Source of the DNA: Geosiphon pyriformis uo1
Taxonomy: Eukaryota; Fungi; Glomeromycota
Reading direction: 5' to 3'
NCBI GenBank assembly: GCA_016748015.1
Contig: JAAOMT010000586.1
Location: 603,483 to 667,482 of the forward strand
DNA: 64,000 nt
In this document: in pieces, positions 51,919 to 64,000 of the stretch
How the letters are laid out: the number at the start of each line of letters is the position of its first letter
How positions within the stretch are numbered: position 1 is the stretch's first letter
Position numbers and translations under genes: made by a program
The notes under the pieces: generated by a model
The model's input: the letters and a program-made list of their open reading frames with translations, nothing else
The model's database searches: none
What the model was told of the DNA's origin: nothing

Positions 51919-54190
51919 TTTTTTTTATTAAAATTTAATAAATACAGCCCAATTATTATTTAAAAATTAAAAACAAACTAAATGTTTTAAGATTAAATAT
52001 GGTTTACGTGTTTTTTACATGTAACTAGTTATTTAAACCAGTTTAGACTATGTTATATTAATACAATAAAAGAAAACTTACTTAAAACCAACATCTTTTA
52101 AACTATATTAAACAATTTAACACTATAAAAAATCAACTCAACTAGCTATTTGGCTGTTTTTAAGAGATTAATTTTAATATTATTAGGCTTATGTATCCAA
52201 AGAGACATTAAATTAAAAAATAAATTATTATTAATATCAATTGATAGTTTTAAATTATCAAACATATTAATATTATCTATGCAGTATTTTTTTTTCAATA
52301 AAACTATTTTTTTTTAGCTTATTAACAATCTTGCTAAAAAAGTCTAGATAAATTATAAGCTTATTAATCTTAAGATTAAAAACACTACTTAAAATTAAAT
52401 TACTATTAATAATTTATTTAAATACAAAATTAAGAAATTAATAGACTTAATAATTAATTCAATCAAAGCAAAAAATTTAGCCAAATCAGATTTCAAAAAA
52501 ATCAATCAAAAAAACACTATAGAATTATTAATAATCATAAAAAAAAGAGCAGGAATTATCAAAAACAGAAACTTAAAAGAACTTAAAAGAACAGAAGCTT
52601 TGATATAAAACTTAAAATTTATAAAACATTATGTAAACATTTTAAAAACCTTAAAACTCTTGGAAAAAAAAGGTATAGATACTTTATAGTCTACAAATAG
52701 ATGGTTAATTTCTTAATATTTAAAATAATACTAACAATCAGAAATTTTTTATCAAATATAGCACTTTATTAATGTATTAATTTTGACTATTACAATATCC
52801 AAATTAGCCTGGAATTTAAATATAATCAGAGCAAATCAAAAACAATGACCAGAATTAGGAAAGCAAAAAATAAAACATGTTTAACTACTAATCTAAAAGA
52901 TTATATTACTAATTTTAAAGACAATATAGCCAAAAGAAAAATTAATTAACTTGGTTTTAAACTTATTATAAGACAAAATAGTCTTATTTTAATTAACCAA
53001 AAGAAGAATTCTAATAATATTTTTACTTATTAACACTAATTAATAATTTAAAACAGATATAACAGCATTTAGCTTTTTAAAATAAACAATAATATATTGT
53101 TAAACACTAGTAGATTTTAATATAATATAAACAATTTTACTAAATACACTAAGTGTTATCTTAATATTAACAACAAATATACTCAAAAACATATTATGCA
53201 GCATAATAATAACAAAAAAAGAACCAAATTCAAAAACCACCAAAAATTTGGCAATTTTAAAAGTAGTCAAATAAACAAAACTTGTAAACTCGACCAGAAA
53301 TACAGCTTTTAAAGACTTTTGAAAAGCAAACTCTATGCAGAAAAGTTTCATATTGTCTTTTAATACCAATTTTGTATCCAGAAAACCATGTACAAATTAA
53401 AAAACAGTTATAATATAAACCAATTTAATCTTAAAAGTAATATTAAACACTAAAGTAAAAATTATCTATTTAACAAACTTTTAATAACTAGAAATAGTTT
53501 TTCAAATACTATTAGTGATAGCACCAAAAATTAGCAAAAAAAATAATTCAGTTTCCATTTGATTAACTTAGTTCTTAAAAACAGATAATTAAACAAAAAA
53601 CTGTTGTTTTGCTTTTAAAATTAATAATAATTTGTTAAAAGACATTATATATAGCAATACAGTTAATGGTTAATTTTGGCCTATTTTAAATAATAGACTA
53701 AATAATATAATAAAAATTTCATTAAGAACTACAAAAAAGTTCAGTATAACAATAGCAGAAACAAGTAATTGTTTTTATTTTTTTAAATCTTTGGTTTTTT
53801 TGACTATTTGTTTTAAAGAAGTAGTGCCAAAAGCACTAAGTATAAAAATTATAAAAAAAAATCAGTTTGTTAACTGATTTGTTATTAAAAACTTTTAGGC
53901 TCTTAGAAAGAATAAAAACAATACTGAAATTAATCCAAATATGTTTTTTTAAGAAAAGTTTAACTAGTAAAAAACCAGTTAAAGATAAAAAAAATGCTTT
54001 AATAATTATCAAAAGTAGCTGTTTACTATTACTAGCCAAGAAAAAAGCTTTTAAAATATTCTGTCTAGCTGTTTTTACAATAAAAAAAACTTTTTTGGTT
54101 AAAATTTTGTAAAATGCCAAAAAAAATATTAGTCACAACTTTTTTATTCTTTGTTCTAATTATAATTATAAAATTAAGAAAACAAAAAGT
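51919..54190 (-). mobile_element. ORF1-only element, copy F (strongly decayed, D-type C-terminus)
   Basis: KDNMKLFCIEFAFQKSLKAVFLVEFTSF and KVFNNKSVNKLIFF match C and D. The decayed leader ends at the same position. It has a 3' UTR and poly(A), with a possible TSD containing TTTTGTTAAT at ~51909 and ~54203. Confidence 0.82.
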
Positions 54191-54459
54191 TTTATGATTT
54201 TTTTTTGTTAATACTTATAATTAAAATTTATTTTTTTAATGTGTTAAAATTCTTAAATATTTATATTTAACATTAATTATTTAAAAAAACAATATAAATA
54301 GAATAAATATTTTTAATAATATAAGATATTTTGGTATTTTTAATGATTTTTATATTTTTTTTAGTTATTATTAATATTTTTGGCTTTTTAAAATTCTTAA
54401 TATTATATAATTTTTCTAATTTTAATATATAATTAATTAATATATATTATATATTTTAT

Positions 54460-54595
54460 ATTTTATAATTATAATTAAAACAAAAAATAAAAAGTTTTAA
54501 ATATTATTTTTTTTATAGTAATTAATAAAATTTTAACAAAAAAAATTTTTTTTGTTGTAAAAACAATTAAGCAAAATATTTTAAAAGTATTTTTT
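54460..54595 (+). mobile_element. Very eroded 5' fragment of a fourth ORF1-only element
   Basis: AATAAAATTTTAACAAAAAAAATTTT...TTGTAAAAACAATTAAGCAAAATATTTTAAAAGT aligns to D AATAAAATTTCAACCAAAAAAGCTTTC...TATAGAAGCAACTAGGCAGAATGTTTTAGAAGT, with mostly C>T and G>A differences. Confidence 0.6.
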
Positions 54596-54649
54596 TTAAA
54601 TATATATTTTTTTTTATTGTAATAATAAGTAGAATAACTAAAAACTAAA

Positions 54650-57600
54650 AAAACTTTTTTTTTTCTTATATTTAAAAACTCCTAAAAAAGTATATTTATT
54701 AAATAGAAGTTTTAACCATTCAATATAATAAATCCAAATTCTTTTTGTTTAACTATAAAACTATTGTTGATCTTAGTGTTACTGTTATAAAAAAGTCTAT
54801 TAAGAAAGCTATTAAAAAATCTGGTTTTGGTAACAATAATGAATAAATATTTTTTAGAAAAAAAAAAAAAGAAATAGTGCTTTAAAAAACAATATTAATA
54901 ACAAAACAGTTTTTGCTAAAGTTGTAAGTAGTTGCTCTTAGAGCTCTAAAATTGGTAATACTATTGAATTTAATAGTGTTAATATAGAAAAAAAGTGTTT
55001 AATAAAGAAAACCAGTATTGATTATAGTAAAAAAAACATTTTTAATAAAAAAAACTCCAACCAAACACTAAAAAATCTATAAGTAAAGACTAAGCAAACA
55101 TTAAGAATATTTTTGGATAAAATTAATTTATTAAGTAATAATAATAATGGTGTTTTATTGAATGTTTTGCCAAATTTTTCTTCTCTTTTAAAAAATTTGG
55201 TGAGAAGTTTTTTCAAGACAAACTTACAGTAATCAGAAAATTATTTTCCAAAATTAATGATTTTGAGAGAATATTTATTCTCTCAAAATTTGTTGAGATT
55301 ATTAGAGTAATATTTACTTTCAAATTAAGTTTGGCACAGGCTTCTAATATGGTTAGAAATGTGAAAATCTTGATAAATACCAATCTCAAAAAATTTGCTA
55401 AATATTCAGATCAAGCTGTAATAATTAAGAAAATTCTAATTGAATATTGGCTAAAACTATATATATTATACTATCTGAGTTTGGATTAATTAAGTCGATT
55501 AAAATGCAATTAATGAATATATGACAGAAGACTGTAATAGAATTCAAGCAATCTAATTATGCTAATTTAGTTGTAACAAAATAGTCTATTCTGATTGAAA
55601 AAGATATTATATAAGTTACTAGGACCAATTTGAACAAAAAAACATAAAATGCAAAAAATTATTATAAAAAATTGCTTTATATACTGCCACTGAGAATTAA
55701 TGCTCATGATATTTAGGACTTTATCAGGTCAATAAGTAAAAAAACATGTGTAATTAATTGTTATTTAGTTATATATGTTTGGACCAAATGTGTTATCATT
55801 TGTTTTAATTTTATTGAGTCTTTAGATGCCATTATGGAAACTATGCCAATATTAAAAAATGTAAATTTATATTGGTCTTATCTGAACTCTGTCAAATATA
55901 CAAAATATAAAAATTTAGAACATACTTCATTGGATTATATTATAAGTAAGAAAGTTTTTTCTGGTAGTTTATTTTATAGAGTTTTTTTGAATACAAATAA
56001 AAGCAGACTTGTCATTATTTATGCTAAAAATTCAGTATTTATTACTTATTTTGTCTCTTTTGGTAGTGTTTTTTGAACTAAAATTGTTGACAAATTTTCA
56101 TTTTTTTCATTTTTTATGCAAAATGGTTCAACAAATTTTGGCTTTTCTTTAAAGATAAAGTTTTTTTTGTTTGTATTAGTTGAATTAAATAATAGGTTAG
56201 CTGTTTTTAAGTGTAATTTTGTTAGCTTTATAGAGCAAGTTAATAAGCTAACTAAGAAATTAAATATATTTAGGCCAATAGTTTTTTAGCTTAGTCCTGA
56301 ATATTAGCTATTGGCGACTTTTTTATCACAAAATCAAGGAGTAAATACAGTAATAAATAAAATTTTGGGTGTAATTACTTGTAGCAAAACTGTAATGTGA
56401 GCAATATTTTTAAATTTTTTAATGATTTATAAGTTAAAAGACAGTTTAAAGTGTCTTTTGGATATGGTTTTGGGCTTTTTGGCCAAGATAGACAAATTTG
56501 GTTTGGTCTTGAAATTTTATTTATCTTAATAACCAGTCTTGTTTGGAAAATTGCTATGTGTAATATTAAAAACATAAACAATTTGGCAAAACAGAAAAAC
56601 ATTGTTAATTAGCATAAAAAATCAAACAATTTAATCTTTATTGTGACTAAAACAAAATTAAAAAGACAACACAAATCTTAAATTAAAAACAGATTTTTGG
56701 TTTAAAAGTTTTTGTGTCTGGTTTAAATTCTGGTAATTTGAGTTTAGATATAGTGATAATTATTGATAATATGTTTGCTCAGCATATATACAAAGTATTA
56801 AAAATTCCAGATTATCTTTTGTTAATTTGTTTTTTGTTTAATTGTGGTTTTAGAGTTGTATATTAAAACTTTAGCTAATATGTATTTTGACTAAGCAGGT
56901 AAAGTGAATATATTTATTGTCAAGACAGTTAGTTTTAAGTTTTATGTAGTACTGGATGATAATTTTAATAAAAATAGTTTAAAAAAAAGTATTAGTTTTG
57001 ATAAATATTCTAGTTTGGGTCTATATAACTCACATACTAAAAACTTTGCAGCCAAGATATTAAAATAGAGTAATTCAAGAAAAATAAAAAAAACCATTAA
57101 TTATATCTTTGTTAATAAACATCTTTATCAATGATTATTAGCTGTGAAGTTTTTAAGATGACTAAGTATTTTAATACTAATTACATAGCAGTCTTTCTTA
57201 GCATAGGTAGTTTTTTGAATATTTACTTAAATACTATGTGCAAACAGGCCAATTGTGATTATTAGAAATTTGAAATAAAGAATGCAGATAAACCAAAGTG
57301 GGTTTATTTTAGAAAATGCTTAATATTAAGTTTGAATTTGGTTCAACATAAATTTTGGGCTGCAAAAAATCAGAGTGTTCTGGATAGAATGTGAAATTGC
57401 TTGCAAAAAATAATAGTATATTTACCTGAGAATGTTTTTCATAAAATTTGGTTTAATACATCAAAAAATAAGCAATTTTCAAAGTTTTTTAAGTTGAAAT
57501 TATTGGTCTTTAAGATTGTTAACACATTTATCTTGAAGAATATCTTTGAGGTTAACTATTTTATAGGAGTTTGGTTAGCAATCAACCATAATATGGCTTT

Positions 57601-60600
57601 AAAAATCCAGTCTTTGATTGGACAAAAAGTAAAATTTAAGAAAATTCTTGGTTATTTATTTGGAATTAGAAAAAAACATTGCCAGTTAAAGTTTTAAGAA
57701 TTAGAAATGACTAAGATATTGGCTATAAAAAAAGCTATTAATATAAAAATAGAAAATTTTTGCACAAACAAAGACCATATAATAAGAACTGTTTTAGAGC
57801 AGCCATTTCAAAAAATGGTGCTGAAGTCAGATAAGATTAAAAACAAGATAGATAATATTATGATAGATTAAACAAAAAAAAGTCTTAATTCTTAGTCTTA
57901 TCAATATGCTTTTCTGAATCATGTGAATAATAGTGTGTTTTTTGGTGTAATAAAAGAAATTAGTGTTAAAAAACTGAAACATGTAATTAGTTGTTTCTCT
58001 AATAACAAAGTGGCTGGTTTTTCTGGCATTTTGAACAAATTATAGAAGTATGATAATAATAGTGTTTTAAGATGTCTTTTGGTTTTGTTAAACAATTGTT
58101 TGGTTTTAAGACTTGTTTTTTTATCTTAGAAAAGGGCTTGGATTTCCATAATTCTAAAGTCTTATAATTGAAAGGAGTTTTTAATAAATACTAGACTTAT
58201 AGCTCTAATTAAAACAGTGAGAAAATTTTTTCAAAGATACTATCAAACTGCATTTTTTTTGCTTATATTTGATGTGCTTTGTGTTGTAAACTTTTTAGTG
58301 CTTAAAGACATATCTAGAAATTTTATTTTTACAGTAAACTCTGTTTTGAAAATACTTTAGAGAAAGACAAAAAAGTGTGACTAGTCTTTAAAACATCTAT
58401 AAGACATATAATTCAGTTAAATAAGTTTATCTAAAATATAGTTTGGAGTGCATAAGAATGTACAAAAGTTTATTAAATTTTTTGGAAATTTACATGAAAA
58501 CAGGTTCAACAAGATGATAACCAATTTTGGTTTTTTAAACAAATACAGAGTGCATGATAATTTGAATTAGGATAAAGTTTTTTTACTACTTTTCTAAAGA
58601 ATATTTTGTAATCTTTTTTTGTGTGAAGTCAAAAAAGATAAGCAATTATATGAGTACTATATCAATACTAAGTTTGTTGCCAAATCAAAAAGAGTAAAAG
58701 CCAGTTTGGATAAAATGTTATTTTTTGCAGTTAGAGCTTTTATTGATAATACAATTTGAATAAGAAGTAATTATATGTCTATATAATATATTCTAAACTT
58801 GGTTAATGAATTTTTTTTATTAATGACATTTCAATTAACAATAAAAAAACAGTGGCTATTTCTATCAATCAAAGAATAAAAGTTGCTTCTTTGTCTATAA
58901 ATAAGTTTTCAATTGTGATTATATGTAAATGTATATCATACAAGTATCTAAGAATCTTTTTTTTAACAGAAAACTTGTTTAAGCTGAGTTTAATTAAGGT
59001 GTATTCAAATATTAAGTTTTTTTTTAACATAGTCTTAAGGAAAACTTTGTTAAACAAACAGATTTTTTATTTGGTTTCAGCTGTACTATAACTGATTGTC
59101 AGTTATAGAATACAGTTTAGTTTTATTTTAAAAAGTGTATATTACAAATAGAATATTTTAATATGTAAAAAACTCAAAGCCAAGACTAATTTGCCAAAAA
59201 ACTTTTTCAATAAATCCTTATATTATTTTTTTTTATATGGGTTAAAATTATTTAAGCAGTTGCAAACTGAAAATAAAACAGCATTGGCTGTGGCCTTTTC
59301 TAATGCTCTTGGCATTTTTAACAGACTGTTTGAATATTGCTTCTTGAATTTACAGGTTTGAAATAGGCATCTTTAAATTTTTTACAGTTTCTAGTAAAAC
59401 TAAGAATTAGTTCAGTAAACAATTTTTTTGTGAGTTTAATAAAAATTTTTTTGAACAATAAAATTTTTTTGAGTAATTATCTACCTGATGCTTTTTAACA
59501 TGTTGGTAGATTTCCAATATTAGTCATGGCATGATTAATTTATTAAAATGCTTTGATATAGTCTTTAATAACAGATTTTTGGACAAACATAAAACAGTTA
59601 TAAATTAGAAAACATTTTACTATTAAAAAAAATTAGATCTGAGAGGTCCAGTGCCAAAGTGGTTTAATATAGCTTTCAAATTTATGTTTAAATTATACTT
59701 TGTTTCTTTGCAGGCACTTTTGATCTATAATTTTGCCAGTGTTTTAGATTTGAATAAATTTTTGGCTGCTAAAAACCAGTTATATTAAGTTTGGGCTGGA
59801 AGTTTTACTGTTATACAAATGGGTTTTTGAAGGATAGAGGTCTATCTTTTATGGTTTGTAAGACAGCTGTTTATTTTTCAGATGTTAACAAAGGAGTTAA
59901 AATGGAAATTCAGAGTTTGGTGTTATTAATGATGGCCAAATTGTAAGCAATTGTATTGGCTTTAGAATATGTGCTGTTTTTTTGCTTAATAATCTTGTAT
60001 TCAGACAGTTAGATAATTATTAATATATATACAGTTGATTTGGAATTTAAATAGTCTGATTTTTATAATGTTTTCTGGATAAAGCACAAACATATTATTA
60101 ATTTAATTAAGAATAAAAGCATATTAATTAAGTGAATTAAAGTCAAGAGCTATCCAAATAATGTGAGCAATAACTAAACAAATATACTTATAGATATTGC
60201 TGTCAGGCTATGTTTGTTTTTTGTTTATTACATTTAGGAAAAATTGTTGTTTGCTAATGGTTAAATAATATTAGGTAATACTTATTACTTTATGTAGAAT
60301 GTTTACAAATCAATTAACTGTGTCAATTAAAAGACAAATTTTAATGCAGTAATAGTGGCTGATTTTTTTATTTTTCATATTGATTAATTGCATACAGCAT
60401 TAGATTAGTACCCAAATTTTTATATGTACACTGGTTTCACTAGCAGAGTGTTTTCAAGTTTGTATATATATCTCATAAAGACTGTACATAAGAAATTACT
60501 AGTTATTATTAGAAAGAGACTTTACAATAAAAGTTATCTTAATGTTTTGTGTTTAATATATAGTAAAGTAGAATTTTCTGATCATGTCTTTACTTGTTTA

Positions 60601-61126
60601 AGTAATGCTAGCTCTTGTAAAAATGTAGTACAAAAAATAATTTCTTGTTGAAAAGTTTTAATTGGTATTAATGCATCTTTGATTTTAATAGTTGTTTATA
60701 ATTTTTGGTCAAGTTTGTTAAATATTGGTTTGTATAAACTCTTTGGTAAAGATTTTGTTTTGAAATTCTAATTTAAAGAGATGGTAATAGTTTTTAAAAA
60801 TAAAAAAAAGACTGTTTTAGTAATAGTTGATTTTGTTTACAAATTTGCTAAGTTTTATTATCTCAGTTATCAGATGGTATAGTTTGTTTGCTTAAAATTA
60901 ATAAGATGTTTGCAATTGGTTTTGGTTTTTATAAGCCTTGTTTGTTTTTTTTAGACTTGAATAAAGATGTTTTAGTTTAGATAAGTGTGTAATATGGTCT
61001 TGATTAGTCTAAGTAGCCAGTTACATATAGAAAATACATAAATTACATTTAGTTAGAAACTCTTAGTCTGTTTCTGCATATTAGTTAGTGATAAGACTGT
61101 ACTTATTAAATCAATAATAATAAAAA
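54650..61126 (+). mobile_element. LINE copy G, full length and very decayed, with a divergent ORF1 subtype; ORF2 ~56529-60992
   Basis: 5' motif like B and E. LVWKIAMCN, the RT core decayed to FIDN, and YTGFTSR...CLIYSKVEFSDHVFTC are present, followed by a 3' UTR and tail. Confidence 0.88.
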
Positions 61127-64000
61127 ATAAGTAAAGCCCAATTATTATCTAATACAATACAACTATTTAGAATTCTAATTAGATATAAATTACATACTTA
61201 TTACATGTAACCAGCTATTCAACCAATTAAGACTATACTATATATCTATATTAATTATAACATTTTTAACTGTATTAGAAAAAAACAAATAATCCACTCT
61301 TGATTTAAAACTAATAACATGACTTTCTTTAATTTTCAGCAACTGAATAATACTACTTGAAACCTTAACAAAAAGGCTACAAACAGTCTCAAACAAAAAA
61401 TTGTTCTTATCTAACAAATTTTTACAATTTATATTAACCTAAAGCTTTGAATTAGACATTTATATTTATTCTTTATAGCCAGCAGCCAAGCCTTAAATAA
61501 ACTTAACCAACTTGGTTGTGGCAAGTTCAGTATTCTTAAACAAAGCTTTGGCCTCCCCAACCAATTTTCAAACACAAATCCTTTGTATAAGACTATATAT
61601 AAATTCACATTAAAAATACATAAAGCCAATAACTACAAAACCACAGATAAAACTAGAGTTGTATTAGTTAAAAATGTCCAAAAAAAAATATTTATTTAAT
61701 AGATTCTGACAAATAAACAAATTCAGACTATAAACAAAACTGTAATTTGAAAACTCCATCTTTTTACAACACACATACAATATACTTAGATAACTGTAAT
61801 TATATAAACATCTTTTGACTGCTACCAGTAATTTTTTATAAAGTGCTTTTATCAAATATGTACATAAATTAACAGTTAATTTACTTATATATCTGGCTGT
61901 CATATAAGAATTGGAATGCCAAACCAAAGCAATAAGCTTCTAATTAATGTTTCTAACTTGTAAAGAGTCCACAACATTGAAATTAAATTTAACTTCTTAT
62001 TGAAAATGCCTTATAGTATTGTATGTTGTCTTAATAAAATACTAAGTATTGCTAAATACTACCTTATTATCAACCAGTAAAAAATTTTTTTTAATATTTG
62101 CCAGAAAAACAAGTCCTAAGTGTGCAGTCTAATTAGTTAGTCTATTAGCAAATTTATTGTCTAAAATACCAAAATGGTTTTTTATTTTAGTTTAGCTTAC
62201 AGAAATGTTTTATTTTTGACCAAGTTATTAATATAATGCTACTTAATTCAACATCTGTTGTAAAAGTCAGGTGTTTTCAATTTTAGTTCAGCTTGATATA
62301 CATTTATAGATACTTGACTGTTAGAAAAAATCATTACATTAAAAAAAGCCAAAATATGTTTAAGAGCCAATATTATAGTCTGTATCTTAGTTAGAGTTGA
62401 TAAAAACAAACTATAAATCTCCATTTTTACATTCAAACTCAGATCAGAGAAGTAAACAGCAGCACTACTAGTTGTACTAAAAGAACCAAAGTTTTTAACA
62501 GAACTATTAATATATATTGAGATTTTAAACAAGAACATATTCTTTAAACAAGAATAAATAATACTAAAGTTATCTGTATTAGACATACATATTTTAAAAC
62601 AGAGTACAGAAGCTAACAAAAGCTTTTAAGTTAGACTACTATTTTTAACAAATTCTGAAATCTGCACAAACCAAGAAAAAATTGGACTTCTGAAATCCAA
62701 CTATTTCCAATAACAAAAATCCTTCCAAGAAAAGCACTCTTTATAATTATTTAAAAAATCCAAAAATATTCTACTTGACCCAAAATATCTACAACAAAAA
62801 TTCCATTTTTAAGACAAAAAACATTGAACAAACTATTAGCCAAAAAAATTTCATTGTTTAAGAAGATTTGAGTAATGCCAGTAAAAAAATTGTTTGCTAA
62901 ATTTACTTTTAGTCTGATAAGAAATTAAAAAAAATTCTAAAAAACCCATTCCAACATCTGCAAATCCAGCAACTTGTATCAAAAAAACCAATTCAAAACA
63001 CTATTGTTATTGGTAAAATTCATAATTAAAGCCACTTTATCTTTTATCTAAATTTAATTAAAAAGTCTTAAATTATACAAAGACAGATGATATACAGTTT
63101 TATTAAGAAAGTTATTTGGCAAATTAATCTTGGCTTTCAAATTTTTTCTGATCAAATAGTCTTATTTGTTATATGTATTTTTGTTAACAAAGCTAAATTG
63201 AGTTCTGTATTTAATAATTGGCTGTAAAGCTGTTAAGACTAAATAGAAAAATTGTTTATCTAATATAATTTTGCACAAGACTATTAATAAGAAAAACTTT
63301 ATATTTGAGTTCATCTTTTTTATACTTGGACCAAAGAGACTCTTAATTAACAAAAAAATGTCCAAATACTAATAGAATTCACTAATCTTTACAATTAAAA
63401 TAAAAAAACCACTTATGCTCAAAAAAGCACCACTAGACTTTGAATTTATTAAAATAATTACTGTTTTTTTTGTATTTATTGAGATATTTATAATATTAAA
63501 AACTTACTAGCAATGTTTAATATATTCTGTGTCATTGTGTAACAATTGTCAATCTAAATTATATTATCTACAAAAGCACCAGCAGTTAGATAGAAGATTA
63601 AACTTATATTAGATTCAATTCTGTCAGTTTTAACAAAAAATTTAAAATTCACATAATATCTTAAAGTTAAATTATGTCTCTTTATTTTACACAAAAGAAA
63701 ATCATAAAAAATTTTTCAAAAAAAAGATGAAAAAACTTTACTCTGATCTAGTCTATCATGAATCATATAACTATTAAACAAACCAAAATTTGTTATTACT
63801 CTATTTTATGGCCATTATAAATATGACCAAAAAACCTAATAAATTTGATACACATTTTAATTTTTCTTAGATTTTGTTCTAAATGTGACCAGTCTACTAA
63901 GTTATAAGCTTTTTGCATATTCTAAAGCACTAACCAGATTTTTTTGTCTTTTTTTAAAATATTTTTTACAATAAATCCAACAGCAAAAATAGAAACTAAG
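61127..64000 (-). mobile_element. LINE copy H, 3' half (RT, RNase H, CCHC, 3' UTR), very decayed; continues off the right edge
   Basis: MQKAYNLV at ~63900, AGAFVDN at ~63570, DKQFFYLVLTALQPIIKYRTQFSFV and LCTYLIKALYKKLLVAVK. The 3' UTR is at ~61130-61240. Confidence 0.88.

Overview
Eukaryotic, intron-rich and AT-rich DNA that reads like an early-diverging fungus (Mucoromycota/Glomeromycotina-like; the taxon is my inference). The window has two parts. (1) A gene island at about 0.8-24.4 kb with eight spliced or single-exon genes: a Msc2/ZnT5-type zinc transporter, an eIF4A-derived pseudo-helicase with a long N-terminal extension, a twin-CX9C NDUFAF8-like gene, ketopantoate reductase, a Q-rich Med15/Gal11-like gene, cyclin C, HAUS3 and an Sft1/Bet1-like SNARE. 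The CX9C and SNARE genes are absent from the ORF track. (2) From about 25.2 kb to the end, a packed array of non-LTR retroelements at graded stages of C-to-T/G-to-A decay. The array holds autonomous-type LINEs (ORF1 with RRM and CCHC; ORF2 with APE, RT, RNase H and CCHC; all disrupted). It also holds a separate ~2.3 kb family that encodes only a distantly related ORF1-type protein, has no RT, shares the LINE 3' UTR and a similar 5' terminal motif, and carries poly(A) tails and target-site duplications. This two-component LINE plus 'half-LINE' (HAL1-like) system, its shared structured 3' RNA signal and its apparent tail swapping are the main candidate novelty. All alignments were done by eye and most element boundaries are approximate.
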